Assembly (NCBI GenBank): GCA_028277945.1 | Contig: JANQFH010000008.1 | Coordinates: 195,442-259,441, forward strand | Length of the DNA: 64,000 bases | Direction of reading: 5' to 3' | From: Oligoflexia bacterium | GTDB lineage: Bacteria > Bdellovibrionota_G > JANQFH01 | In this document: one piece after another, positions 1 to 9,716 of the stretch | Layout of the letters: every line of letters starts with the position of its first letter | How positions within the stretch are numbered: the first letter of the stretch is position 1 | Notes under the pieces: generated by a model | The model's database searches: none | The model's input: the letters and a program-made list of their open reading frames with translations, nothing else | Told to the model about the DNA's origin: nothing | Made by a program: the position numbers and the translations under genes

Positions 1-97
1 GCTATAGTCTAAGCAATGAAAACTATGAGGACCTAGGGGGGCAGCTTCGCGACAAGATCGGCGATGCAAGCTGCCGACATTAGTAGAGAAGGTTGAT

Positions 98-481
98 ATG
101 AAAAGACTTTGGCGATACATAAAATTTGTTTTGAAGAGTCTCTTAATTCTTCTGGTCCTGGCAGGTCTGTTTGCTGGACTAGTGTTTTGGAGAACACCTA
201 TAGAGGATAGGCTTGTGGAAACTGTCGCACGTGAAAAGATAGCAGCCATTAAGCAATCCGTTGAGGAGAGAAGACAGGTCGGTTTACCGGAAGGCATTGT
301 TATTCAAGACGATGAGCCTGACGACACCAACGCCTTAGGTGGCTTTTGGGAATTTTGGTACGAGTGCGAACCGAGAGGGTCCCTGTTATTATACTTTGAG
401 GCGAGACGACGTATTCTTTTGTTTCCGTTGTTCAATAGGAAACAGGATATTAAGCTCATACGAGCGGCCTACGTTCCGTAA
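98..481 (+). CDS. small membrane-anchored protein of unknown function (paralog of 9048..9431)
   Basis: 127-aa ORF with GAGAAGG Shine-Dalgarno-like motif before the ATG; N-terminal hydrophobic helix; shares FWEFWYECEP / LFNRKQD-type motifs with the 9048..9431 product. Confidence 0.5.
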   Translation: MKRLWRYIKFVLKSLLILLVLAGLFAGLVFWRTPIEDRLVETVAREKIAAIKQSVEERRQVGLPEGIVIQDDEPDDTNALGGFWEFWYECEPRGSLLLYFEARRRILLFPLFNRKQDIKLIRAAYVP

Positions 482-487
482 GTCCTG

Positions 488-2617
488 TCAAGAGCGCAGC
501 TGCGGGCCTGGTAGGCGGCTGTTGTCCTGGGTGCGCAGGGTGATCTTGTGCTGATCAAAGTACTCTAAAAAGGGTAGGGTGTACTTTCTTGAGGTGCGCG
601 TGAGCTGCTTAAACTCAGCCAGGCTCAGCATCTTGTTCTTATCAAAGTGATGTTGCAACTCAGTTCTGAGTTGGGCGATGGTTTCAGGGTGGGCATAGAA
701 CTCACCAGGTAGCCGCACCACCCGGTTTTCTCGCAGCAGCGACTTGATAAAACCAGCCGCCTTGGCCACAGGCACTTCCAACAGTTGTGCCAGCTCGCCA
801 ATATTGGGTGGGGTAAGCGCTGCCTTGGCAATAAGCGCTTCCATCTTTTCGGTGATCGAGGCGTTTGATGGCTGTGGCGCTGCTTGTTGGGCAAGTGGTG
901 GTGCCACTTTTTTGGAGGGCTCTTTGCCTTTGGTTTGATAGTCCTCGATCTCTTCGCCCACTAGCCTCAACCCACCATCGTCACTCTGTTGGATTTTTTT
1001 ATCCCTGTTGAGCTGCGTGAGCACACGTTTGAACACAGTTGTAGGCAGTGCCCGTCCCATCTTCACCCGCAGCGACTCTTGGTTCATGACTGGATCCTCA
1101 GGGTGGCTCTGTTGGTAGTGTTGCAACTCTGCAATGGCGCTGTCACACAGCTGCTGCAAACTGACCTCGCTTAGCAGTGGCGTTTGCCATTGTGCCGTCT
1201 CTGCCTGGTTGTCTTGCTGTTGCTTCTGCTTATGCTCCAGCGCTGCAACAATGCGCCCTTGCAGCAACTCCTCCTCCAGTGCCAAGGTAATGGTCTCCGG
1301 TGGGCGATCAAAGAAGCGCGCCAACTCTGCTATGGTACAACCGGCGCTGCCCGCACGTTGGATGAGCATCCCTGCAGCTACGGTTAGTTGCTCTTCATCA
1401 TCGATAAAATCTTGCAGTGTCTGCAGTTGTTGCCTCTGCCAACGACTACCGAGAAAACGTTTTTGCTCGTTGATCGGCACCAAGACTCTACCACCACCAA
1501 TGGTCGTCACCGGTGTTTGGCTACGCAGAATCACGGCATCGCCCAATTTCACAAAAACTGGCTCGTCTATTTTAATGAGCGCAAAGCTCTGCTCACCTGC
1601 CGGCAATTGTGGTTCAGCATAAAAACTCCGAAACAACAACCGCGCCCGGCTCTCAGCTGTGCCCCAGTGCAGTCGTACCCAGCTGTTGTGTTTGATGGCG
1701 TTGATATGGGGTAATGTCTTTATATGGACAAGCAATTGCGTGCTCGGTTGCACATTATCTGCAGTGGTAAGGCAGAACCCACGGTTGATTTCATGGGCAT
1801 CGGCGTGTTGCAGGTTGAGCGCCAAGCGCATGCCTGCCTCTCCCACCTGCAGCGGCTGCAGAAAAGACTCTATCTTACGTAGGGTAGTCTCCACCGCACC
1901 GGGAAAGAGTTGCAGCTTATCTCCCAGCCGCACTCTACCCCGGTAGCCGCTACCGGTGAGAACCGTACCAAAGCCTGGTTTAGAAAAGACCCGGTCCACA
2001 TAAAGGCGAAACGGCGCACTCAATCGGTGTGGCTTGGGTTTTGTTTTTGTGAGTTGTTGCAGTTGCTGCTTGAGTGCATCCACACCCTCACCGCTCACAG
2101 CACTGGTAGCAACAATCGGCGCCCCCTCCAGAGAGCTACCCTCTACCAACTTGGTAATCTCTTGGCGCCGCTGATCAATTAAGGTATGCCGTTCAGAGTC
2201 AGCCACACAGTCAATGCGGCTGATGGCAACCACCGCTTTATCAATGCCAAGCAGATTACAGATGTGCACATGCTCTACAGTCTGCGGCTGCACCCCTTGA
2301 TCTGCCGCCACCACCAACAGCAACAGATCCATGCCATAAGCACCGGCCACCATGTTCTTAATAAAGCGCTCATGTCCTGGCACATCGACAAATCCAAGCA
2401 GCCTGCCATCCTCCAGCGGCAGCGGCGCAAACCCCAGATCAATGCTAATACCGCGCTCCTTCTCCTGCGGCAGCTGATCGGTATCCGCACCCGTGAGCGC
2501 CTTAACCAGGGCACTCTTGCCATGATCAATGTGCCCCGCAGTACCGACAATCCACTGCTTCTTGAGCGTTGCTGCTTGCATAGCGGCAGTGATACTAATA
2601 ACCCATGCAATCGGCAA
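488..2617 (-). CDS. selB: selenocysteine-specific translation elongation factor SelB
   Basis: 709-aa ORF; N-terminal GTPase with G1 motif [11 protein letters not shown] and DVPGH G3 region, long C-terminal extension typical of SelB. Start is either TTG at 2617 (GGAG 9 nt upstream) or ATG at 2581. Confidence 0.85.
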   Translation of the reverse strand: MPIAWVISITAAMQAATLKKQWIVGTAGHIDHGKSALVKALTGADTDQLPQEKERGISIDLGFAPLPLEDGRLLGFVDVPGHERFIKNMVAGAYGMDLLLLVVAADQGVQPQTVEHVHICNLLGIDKAVVAISRIDCVADSERHTLIDQRRQEITKLVEGSSLEGAPIVATSAVSGEGVDALKQQLQQLTKTKPKPHRLSAPFRLYVDRVFSKPGFGTVLTGSGYRGRVRLGDKLQLFPGAVETTLRKIESFLQPLQVGEAGMRLALNLQHADAHEINRGFCLTTADNVQPSTQLLVHIKTLPHINAIKHNSWVRLHWGTAESRARLLFRSFYAEPQLPAGEQSFALIKIDEPVFVKLGDAVILRSQTPVTTIGGGRVLVPINEQKRFLGSRWQRQQLQTLQDFIDDEEQLTVAAGMLIQRAGSAGCTIAELARFFDRPPETITLALEEELLQGRIVAALEHKQKQQQDNQAETAQWQTPLLSEVSLQQLCDSAIAELQHYQQSHPEDPVMNQESLRVKMGRALPTTVFKRVLTQLNRDKKIQQSDDGGLRLVGEEIEDYQTKGKEPSKKVAPPLAQQAAPQPSNASITEKMEALIAKAALTPPNIGELAQLLEVPVAKAAGFIKSLLRENRVVRLPGEFYAHPETIAQLRTELQHHFDKNKMLSLAEFKQLTRTSRKYTLPFLEYFDQHKITLRTQDNSRLPGPQLRS

Positions 2618-3144
2618 TGCTAAAGCTCCTCGTCCCCCTGCTATGGGCAGTCAGCCTCCTGCTGCCTACCTCAAAACTACTCGCCTACGAGGCCGATCCC
2701 TTTGATGAGTACAACATGGTCGAGTTTGCCAGTATGGGCCTGGGCACCATGCTCTTTGCCGGTGACTTTGCCGCCCCCTTCAAAGCGGGTGGCTCTGCCA
2801 ACATCAAGCTGGGTCTGCGTGTGGTTGGCCCCCTCCTCCTGGTGCCCACGGTAGGTGGGGCCATTGTTGGCCGTGAGGGGACCTCAGAGAAGGTCTACTC
2901 CTCCTATAGCCTGAGAGCTCGATTCCGCCTCACCCCCAAGCGCTTCCCCCTCAAACCCTACCTCGAGGCCGGCTTTGGCCTCATCACCATTATAGGTACG
3001 GACTTTCAGTGGCTCGCTGGCCTCGGCCTCGATATCCTCGTTTGGGGCTCTGGCAGCCTCGGCATTGAGACCTTCTTCCAACACGTCCCCGTTGAGGATG
3101 GCCTCATCGTCCCCATCCACTTAGCCTTCACCCGCTTTTTCTAG
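2605..3144 (+). CDS. small outer-membrane beta-barrel-like protein (hypothetical)
   Basis: 179-aa ORF; signal-peptide-like N-terminus ([17 protein letters not shown]), alternating hydrophobic pattern, C-terminal aromatic residues (AFTRFF) typical of OMP barrels. Confidence 0.4.
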   Translation: MQSAMLKLLVPLLWAVSLLLPTSKLLAYEADPFDEYNMVEFASMGLGTMLFAGDFAAPFKAGGSANIKLGLRVVGPLLLVPTVGGAIVGREGTSEKVYSSYSLRARFRLTPKRFPLKPYLEAGFGLITIIGTDFQWLAGLGLDILVWGSGSLGIETFFQHVPVEDGLIVPIHLAFTRFF

Positions 3145-3146
3145 CT

Positions 3147-3569
3147 CTAGTTCGCTAGCAGATCTCTCAAAATGGGTAGCGCTCTTTTTATTTGATCAAG
3201 TGTCGTCCAGGTTGGGTTGGCTGCTTTTGGAGATTCATAGCGTTGGTAGGCAGAGACATCTATACCTATTTTATCAGCAACCTTTTGTTGGGTGAGTTTG
3301 CTCTTAAGACGGCTCATCCGAACCAGCATTGCAATTTCCACCCTAGGATGAACCTTTATCCGCACAATATTTTTCCCTCGAACAGACTTCTTCGGCAGTG
3401 GAAAAATGTATTTGGAATCCTCTGGTTCACTTAGATAAAGATTGAGAACTTCTTCCATTCTTTCCTGCAGTTCCTTTTTGGTTTTAGCGTGTGTAAAACA
3501 GCCATCGAGCTCTAGTCCTTGAGCCCAATAGGCATTGCCTTCCTTATGAACTTTGAAATGATAGTGCAT
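3147..3569 (-). CDS. hicB: HicB-family antitoxin with C-terminal helix-turn-helix
   Basis: 140-aa ORF 9 bp downstream of hicA on the same strand; C-terminal HTH-like segment LTQQKVADKIGIDVSAYQRYE. Confidence 0.7.
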   Translation of the reverse strand: MHYHFKVHKEGNAYWAQGLELDGCFTHAKTKKELQERMEEVLNLYLSEPEDSKYIFPLPKKSVRGKNIVRIKVHPRVEIAMLVRMSRLKSKLTQQKVADKIGIDVSAYQRYESPKAANPTWTTLDQIKRALPILRDLLAN

Positions 3570-3578
3570 GACGCTCTT

Positions 3579-3773
3579 CTATTTTCTCTTTAATCCTAGC
3601 TTTTTACGAATCGACATCTCAGTTCCCTTTGGCAAATCTTCGTTTGCATGTAATGGAATACTGACCGGTTTATGGCCTTCTTTTACAACAATGACATGAC
3701 TACCTGTCTGCCGATCCTTACGCCATCCCTCTTTTAGAGCCGCCCGCAATAGCTTCTTTCCACTTGTTGGCAT
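3579..3773 (-). CDS. hicA: HicA-family mRNA interferase toxin
   Basis: 64-aa basic protein with the HicA/YcfA-like core (QTGSHVIVVKEGH); paired with hicB. Confidence 0.75.
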   Translation of the reverse strand: MPTSGKKLLRAALKEGWRKDRQTGSHVIVVKEGHKPVSIPLHANEDLPKGTEMSIRKKLGLKRK

Positions 3774-3906
3774 TTATAGGCTATCCTCAATACTACAACT
3801 TCTATGCGGTAAAGTAAAGATACAATAATAAGTTATTGAAAATAATTTATAATATTTAACAACACAAACACAGTAAATAAGTGTACCAGCTGTTGATGTA
3901 AAGACA

Positions 3907-5727
3907 TCAAGTTTCTGTTATCGAAATCGGCACATAGCCAACGAGTTCTTTTGGGATGATGCCAACAGAGAGTTTGGCACATCGTTGCTGAAGAGGTTTT
4001 TCTTCATAACGATTGGTCACTAAGATACTCTTTTTGGCAATTCCGAGGCTTTCGATCAGGTCAAGACCGTTCTCTTGCTCTCCAGCAAGTTCATAGTCCA
4101 TGAGAAACAGCGACGACCCATTGTGTTCCAACTGTGAGCAGTCGACTTTAAAACTCTTGGCTGAGCGATAGTGCCGGATGTTCAAGTTCACTCCGTTCAA
4201 CTCCTGCTTAAAACGATAGTCCCATGTTTGGTGTACCGACTGGTCATCGTCAAGAACGATTGCATCCATCCCTTGACTCACCTGCAGGCTAGGTACGAAC
4301 CAGGAGGCCGGGGCGGTTCTCGGCAGCACAAGCGTCACGCAAGTACCCTGGCCAACCTCGGAGTCTATACTGAGATTGCCATTCCACGATTCAAGGGCCT
4401 TACGAGCCTGATAGAGACCAAGGCCCGAGCCTCCTTCTTTGTTATAGGTAAATCCGCGCTCACCGAGTTGGCTGAGCACATCTTTGGGAATGCCTTTACC
4501 ATTATCTCGAATAGTAATCCTGATCTTATCCTTGTCTGGAGGTTTATTATCGTTTTTACTAAGTCCAACTTCTATCAATCCTCCTTTGGGCATTGCCTCA
4601 ACGGCGTTGTTGACAAGGTTGGAGATGACTCGCTTAAAGGTCTTGGGGTCTATCTTGGAGAACAGTCCGTAACAGCTGGGTTCAAAGGTGTCCCGTATCT
4701 GCAAGTCTGTCCTCTCTTTAAACTGCATACGTTTTTCAGAGAGAACGCGACTGACAAGGCTGCTGAGTAGTACAGCCTCTCTTTGGCTGACCTCTGCTTT
4801 CTGGCTATCCATGGTGTCTTCTTTTCTTTTATTTAAATCATTGGCAACATCTCGAATTCTGTCGATAACACTGCGAATCAGCGTGCGTACCTGTTCAGGC
4901 AGATCAACGCAGATGTTGGTTACTGTGTCTAAGGCAGTCAAAGGAGATTGGATATCGTGTGCTACCTGTGTGGCGATCTCTCCCAAGGCCGCGTCCCGCT
5001 CCTTTTTCAAAAGCTCATGTTGCAGCTCGGTGATCTTTTCGCCTACCTCATTGATTGTCTTGTCTATCTCTTTTGATTCAGAGAAGAACAGTGGCGGCAC
5101 AGGTGGCGAGTCATGACGTCTGGCAAGGCCCTTGACGCGACTACGAATCGACAGGATTTCACTCCTAAAAATACGAAACTTTCTATGAGCAATGTAGGAG
5201 GATAGCAACAGTAGCACGGCAAGGGCGACTGTAGTGTAAAAAATAAACTTGTTTTGCAAAGAGCGTAGAAAACGGATGTCAGATACCAAAAATAGCCGCG
5301 CTTGAAGATGTTGTTTCCCGCCAACCATGGTGTGGAAGAAATCAGCCGTTTTATATATGAAGTCTTCGGAGTTTTGGTATTGATCTAGCCTGTTGCTTGA
5401 AAAGAAGCTGCATCCGGTATCGGTGCCGTTGCTGAATGCAAGGCACTGTTGCTCATTATCAAGCAAAAATGCCGCCTTGATATTGCTCAACCCTGAGAGC
5501 GTTTTGAAATACTCCTCTGCAGGCAGGTAGTCTGAATAACTCACCGATTTAGCGATAGCCCAGCGGGTCTGAGCAATAATGACGTCGAACTCCTTGAGGT
5601 AGTTGTCCTTTAGAATCTTCGGCACATAGTAAAAGGCAAGAAAGGCACCAAAGAGCAATAGCACAAGCTGACTACTTAAAATCCCAAGCAGGACTACCGT
5701 TGAAATCGATTGATGGTGCGGTTTCAT
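3907..5727 (-). CDS. hybrid sensor histidine kinase (two TM helices, periplasmic sensor domain, HisKA, HATPase_c, C-terminal receiver)
   Basis: 606-aa ORF; H-box VAHDIQSPLTAL, N-box NLVNNAVEA, G-boxes DNGKGIP and GSGLGL; C-terminal REC-like region (VLDDD ... LFLMDYEL ... ILVTNRY). Paralog of 22314..24110 and 35658..37493. Confidence 0.85.
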   Translation of the reverse strand: MKPHHQSISTVVLLGILSSQLVLLLFGAFLAFYYVPKILKDNYLKEFDVIIAQTRWAIAKSVSYSDYLPAEEYFKTLSGLSNIKAAFLLDNEQQCLAFSNGTDTGCSFFSSNRLDQYQNSEDFIYKTADFFHTMVGGKQHLQARLFLVSDIRFLRSLQNKFIFYTTVALAVLLLLSSYIAHRKFRIFRSEILSIRSRVKGLARRHDSPPVPPLFFSESKEIDKTINEVGEKITELQHELLKKERDAALGEIATQVAHDIQSPLTALDTVTNICVDLPEQVRTLIRSVIDRIRDVANDLNKRKEDTMDSQKAEVSQREAVLLSSLVSRVLSEKRMQFKERTDLQIRDTFEPSCYGLFSKIDPKTFKRVISNLVNNAVEAMPKGGLIEVGLSKNDNKPPDKDKIRITIRDNGKGIPKDVLSQLGERGFTYNKEGGSGLGLYQARKALESWNGNLSIDSEVGQGTCVTLVLPRTAPASWFVPSLQVSQGMDAIVLDDDQSVHQTWDYRFKQELNGVNLNIRHYRSAKSFKVDCSQLEHNGSSLFLMDYELAGEQENGLDLIESLGIAKKSILVTNRYEEKPLQQRCAKLSVGIIPKELVGYVPISITET

Positions 5728-5736
5728 TCTCCAAAC

Positions 5737-6675
5737 TCAAGAGATAGGGTGAAGCGCTGCATGTCGTGGTTGGCAAGCATAGCCCAGGCCCTGGGCACGC
5801 TTTTTGTTAATTTGAATCTCGTTCTCGGAAAAGAAGAGCTCTTGTAAACCATTGGAGAACGCCTGGCAGACAACTACGGAAAAAAATGGCAAGAGCTTTT
5901 GTTTGGTAAAGACAAATTCAACATGGATACGGCTTTTTCGCAGGCTATTCTCCAGCTCTCTAAGCGAGTGGTTTGGAAGGCTGGATTCATCAAGTTTCTT
6001 AATGTCATAGTCGGCTGGCGAAAAAGGCGGTATTTCTGTACTGCATACGGTCGGCACGACAAAGGGGAGAATATGCCAGAGGTTGCCACGGATATCTGTG
6101 GGTGGAGGGACATTGCGTGAGTCATAGAGGAGCAGAGCCTCTTTTAGTGCTTTATCCTTGGCTCTGGCCAGATCAAACGCCGCACCAAAACCGTAGCAAC
6201 GTTGTTTCTCAGCAGAAGCAATCTCAGTCATGACCACATGAATGGGAAGATCATGGGTGAGATAGAAGAGGCGAACGTTTTTGTCTTGGTTATGATCGAT
6301 TTCCCATAATACTTTGTTATAGAAGACGGATAGCAGAGCTTGATCGCGCTCAGCCAGTTCGATTAGCGCTGCTTGTCTTGCCTCATTACGGTTGAAGTGG
6401 CAACTCAGGCCGTTGGTGGTTGGCTTGACAGGTTTTGCGTAATAGTGATGTCGCTCCACACACTCCATCAGTGCCGTCAGTTGTGCCTGATAGGGATCTA
6501 AGGCGACACCCACGCCAGCTACCCGATCGTCTCGTCCCTGGGCGTAGACACGGTGCCAGGTGAGGTTGTTAAAGCGAATCTCTTTGTGGGCGAGCGTTTT
6601 GACGATTCCCTGCTGCTGTTTAAGAGTACCCGCAATAACGAGGTTAAGTCGAGCTCTCTGCAGCAGTTGTCCCAT
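5737..6675 (-). CDS. short YcaO-like domain protein
   Basis: 312-aa ORF carrying both YcaO signature segments, ALMECVERH and NGLSCHFNRNEARQAALIELAERD (compare E. coli YcaO SALGEYFERLS and SNGMSAGNTRNEARVQGLSEVFERY, recalled from memory); sits between an SBP5 gene and a histidine kinase gene. Confidence 0.6.
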   Translation of the reverse strand: MGQLLQRARLNLVIAGTLKQQQGIVKTLAHKEIRFNNLTWHRVYAQGRDDRVAGVGVALDPYQAQLTALMECVERHHYYAKPVKPTTNGLSCHFNRNEARQAALIELAERDQALLSVFYNKVLWEIDHNQDKNVRLFYLTHDLPIHVVMTEIASAEKQRCYGFGAAFDLARAKDKALKEALLLYDSRNVPPPTDIRGNLWHILPFVVPTVCSTEIPPFSPADYDIKKLDESSLPNHSLRELENSLRKSRIHVEFVFTKQKLLPFFSVVVCQAFSNGLQELFFSENEIQINKKRAQGLGYACQPRHAALHPIS

Positions 6676-6688
6676 GGCCTACAGTGAG

Positions 6689-8248
6689 TCATGGAGTTGC
6701 CGGCAGAGCAGTTCTTGCCAGCCTCATATCCGCGAAATTGATGTTAAACTCCCACTCTGGCATGTGAGATAGATCGATTTTGGAGGAGGCATAAAAGGGT
6801 GTGGCCAGAAAATAGTAGGGAATAACAAAGCCCTCTTCTAGCATATAGCGGCTGATCTCTCTTGCCATTTGGATACGCTCTTTGGTGTTTCCTGTGGACC
6901 TGGTTGCTTCAATCATCTTATAGAGCCTGCCATCGTTAGGATCACGCACATAAAAGTCATCTGGACCAAAGTCTAGACGAAACACCAAACAAGGGTCTCC
7001 TGGTGGTATGGGTATAATACGGGACCCAAGATCAAAGCCTTGTCCCTGCAATCGGGCTTGTTTCATGGAACTACGAGATAGGGGGGTCATCTCAATTTGA
7101 AATCCATACGCTGAGAGATCATTGATTAATAATAGATCTCTCTTTGTTCTCTTATTCCAAACGTCTGGGTACATATATCTCAACGTCAAAGGCTCCTCTC
7201 TCAACCTGGCATAGATTGCTGTAAACTCTTTGGTCGCAGGTAGTGGGGCTTCAATGCGGCCACTAAAGCCGGGGGGAAAGAACTGATCAGAAGGAGCGTA
7301 AAGAAGTGAGTTACCGAATCTCTTGTGTTGGTGCTCTATGAGAGCTGCAGCAAAGGCAAGCCGTAGGGTTTTGTCCTTAAGGGGGCCTGTAATCGCATTG
7401 ACATAAACAATACGGCTCCAGTTACGTTTTGGTATAAACTGCTGAAAACGCTTTACCCTCTCTTGATCCTCTCGTTCTACTAGTCTATTGCGCTTATCTA
7501 AGAAGATGTCTGTTGTGCCTGCTAAAAGACGCTCCACAGCCTCCAAATCGTCACGCTCATAAACAATAACCGTCTGTGCTCTCTCGCCCCGTGGCTCAAA
7601 CCACTGCTCATGCCACTGCAACTTCACATAGTCCTTACGTTTCCACTCCACAAACTTGTAGGGTCCGCCTAACACAGGAAGCTTTTCTTTATGATAAGGC
7701 TCGTTCTCTGGATAGATCTTCCTCGGTACAACACCAGTACCTGGCATGGCTAGAATAAAGAGAAAGTACTCATAGGGGTTCGATAGGTTAAACTCCAAAG
7801 TGTGTTTGTCGATCATACGAATGGCTTTAGAATCTTTCTTTGGATCGACCCAATCAAAGAGCACGTACTCGGGCCAGTTAGTCTGTTTTCTCTTTAAGGA
7901 GAAGATAACATCTTCAACAGTGATAGGTGAGCCATCGTGAAAGAAGGCATCTTTTCTGATGGTGATCTCATAGCGTCTGCCACCATCATAAGAGCGCCAG
8001 CTCTGAGCTAACATGCCTATCAATGATTGGTCTTCGGCAATAGCAAAGAGGGTGATGGAGGTGCTGTTCAACATATACCAACCGCTGTTGGTCATATTTG
8101 CAGCTGGATCAAGAAAAGCTGGAAAATGATCCAGGTCCAACTTGATTGTGGAGCGGTCATCGCTTTGCAGCTGAGGCAGAGAACTGGCAAAACAGACAGC
8201 CGAAAGGAGTCCTAGGATGCCGACGGCTTTAAAAATCAATCTTTTCAA
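6689..8248 (-). CDS. family-5 extracellular solute-binding protein (peptide/nickel-type SBP), orphan
   Basis: 519-aa ORF with TTG start and N-terminal signal peptide; SBP_bac_5-like length and motifs; paralog of 24097..25611, 37483..39021 and 43334..44740; no ABC permease or ATPase gene nearby. Confidence 0.8.
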   Translation of the reverse strand: MKRLIFKAVGILGLLSAVCFASSLPQLQSDDRSTIKLDLDHFPAFLDPAANMTNSGWYMLNSTSITLFAIAEDQSLIGMLAQSWRSYDGGRRYEITIRKDAFFHDGSPITVEDVIFSLKRKQTNWPEYVLFDWVDPKKDSKAIRMIDKHTLEFNLSNPYEYFLFILAMPGTGVVPRKIYPENEPYHKEKLPVLGGPYKFVEWKRKDYVKLQWHEQWFEPRGERAQTVIVYERDDLEAVERLLAGTTDIFLDKRNRLVEREDQERVKRFQQFIPKRNWSRIVYVNAITGPLKDKTLRLAFAAALIEHQHKRFGNSLLYAPSDQFFPPGFSGRIEAPLPATKEFTAIYARLREEPLTLRYMYPDVWNKRTKRDLLLINDLSAYGFQIEMTPLSRSSMKQARLQGQGFDLGSRIIPIPPGDPCLVFRLDFGPDDFYVRDPNDGRLYKMIEATRSTGNTKERIQMAREISRYMLEEGFVIPYYFLATPFYASSKIDLSHMPEWEFNINFADMRLARTALPATP

Positions 8249-8458
8249 GTTGTGTACTTCTAACTTAGGTTTTAGTGTTCTCTCTAATAATATGAAGAAC
8301 TTCTGTCAACGGGTACTTTTCATCAGCAACTCAACCAACACAAATGTGTTTCATTTTTAGACAAGTTGTTTCGTAAGACGACACTTAAATGATGGTTCAA
8401 TCTAGCTTCGAGAGCTTGACCCTGTCTATAAAATAAGCAATCATCCTGGGTTAAGAGT

Positions 8459-8965
8459 ATGAGGCGATGGTTTTATGAGCTAACCATATTCGGAACCATC
8501 CTTACCAGTTTGAATGCCTATGCAGTGAGTGAGGAGTGTGCGGCCTTTTTCCAGAACAACAACATTTATCCTGGTGCCGATTGTGAATTGTCGTGTGCAA
8601 CTTTGCCGACATCAATGGCTACGTTTGGTTGTCCCGCTCAGTGTCGCGAATACTGTCGTTCCCGGACATTAGCGACAGAACCCTCCAAATCGAATGAGCC
8701 TTTAGATAGCTTGCCAATGGATGAAGAAGAGCGTCGGCAGCGCCTTAAGGAGTTTGCTATAGAAGAGTTCAAGAGTGAAAACCGATGCAACGCCTTGGCC
8801 AATATTGTCGATGAAGCCTCCAGGCTCATTGGGAGTGAGGAGAACCCCTCAAAGACCATGCTTGAGGATCTTAAAGAGGTGCTAATTGGAGAAGGGCTTC
8901 ATGAAGGTCGAGGGAAGGGGCCATATTTTGCTGGTAATGTCTATGGCGCTTTGGTGACGTCCTGA
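8459..8965 (+). CDS. secreted cysteine-rich protein of unknown function
   Basis: 168-aa ORF; signal-peptide-like N-terminus then 7 Cys within about 45 residues (CAAFF...CELSCATLP...CPAQCREYC), acidic C-terminal half. Confidence 0.4.
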   Translation: MRRWFYELTIFGTILTSLNAYAVSEECAAFFQNNNIYPGADCELSCATLPTSMATFGCPAQCREYCRSRTLATEPSKSNEPLDSLPMDEEERRQRLKEFAIEEFKSENRCNALANIVDEASRLIGSEENPSKTMLEDLKEVLIGEGLHEGRGKGPYFAGNVYGALVTS

Positions 8966-9047
8966 ATGATGACAACTATGACACATTAGGGGATAGGATC
9001 AGAACAGCGATTGGAGATGAGAGTTGTCAGAAACTAGAGGAAATCAA

Positions 9048-9431
9048 ATGAAAAGGCTTTGGAAGGTCGCCAAGGTATTACTCTTCATTTTCTTGTTCCT
9101 AGTCGTGGTGGGTTCAGGTTTTGTAGTCGCTCTGATTATGACTAAAGATCAGGAACTCAAGGTTGCTCAGGAGGCGGCCTATGAGGTAGTGACCTCCATT
9201 ATGTCCTCCAAAGATAGACAACGTGAAGTTGGAATGCCTCAAGGTGTGGAACTTATCGACACGGATCCGGAAGATATTGATATATTATTTAGAACTTGGC
9301 AGTTTTGGTACGATTGCAAGCCTGAGGGCGTGCTTTTGTTGGAGTTTTTTCCCAAACGGGGGATTTGGATTTTTCATTTGTTCAACAGGAAAAAAGACCT
9401 AGAACTGATTACAGCAAAATACATAAAGTGA
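9048..9431 (+). CDS. small membrane-anchored protein of unknown function (paralog of 98..481)
   Basis: ATG at 9048 preceded by AGAGGA; 127 aa; N-terminal TM helix; conserved WQFWYDCKPEG / LFNRKKD motifs shared with 98..481. Confidence 0.5.
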   Translation: MKRLWKVAKVLLFIFLFLVVVGSGFVVALIMTKDQELKVAQEAAYEVVTSIMSSKDRQREVGMPQGVELIDTDPEDIDILFRTWQFWYDCKPEGVLLLEFFPKRGIWIFHLFNRKKDLELITAKYIK

Positions 9432-9716
9432 TGGCACTGAGCAAAAGAGACAAAAACAAGATTAAAAGCGTCTAGCTACCTATCTACCTCGTACAACCAT
9501 ATTCTTGGCAATTTTGGTGGAGAATTTCTGGCTTGATCACACCAACTTCAAATTTACTTAATAATTTTAGATGGTTATTATTAAATCTGTTATTCCGGCA
9601 AAAATATCGGCATATTTCTCTTAAAAAATAACTTCCCAAATTTATAACCATTTGTTATAAAATGTTATATATGAAAAATTCATCGGTAATAATACCGGCA
9701 TTTTCGACTTAAATCC

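Noticed and set aside
625-2610. Multiple ORFs of 60 to 160 codons overlapping selB on both strands
   Set aside because: They lie entirely inside a well-supported long gene, lack RBS motifs and have low-complexity or Cys/Ser-rich translations typical of out-of-frame readings
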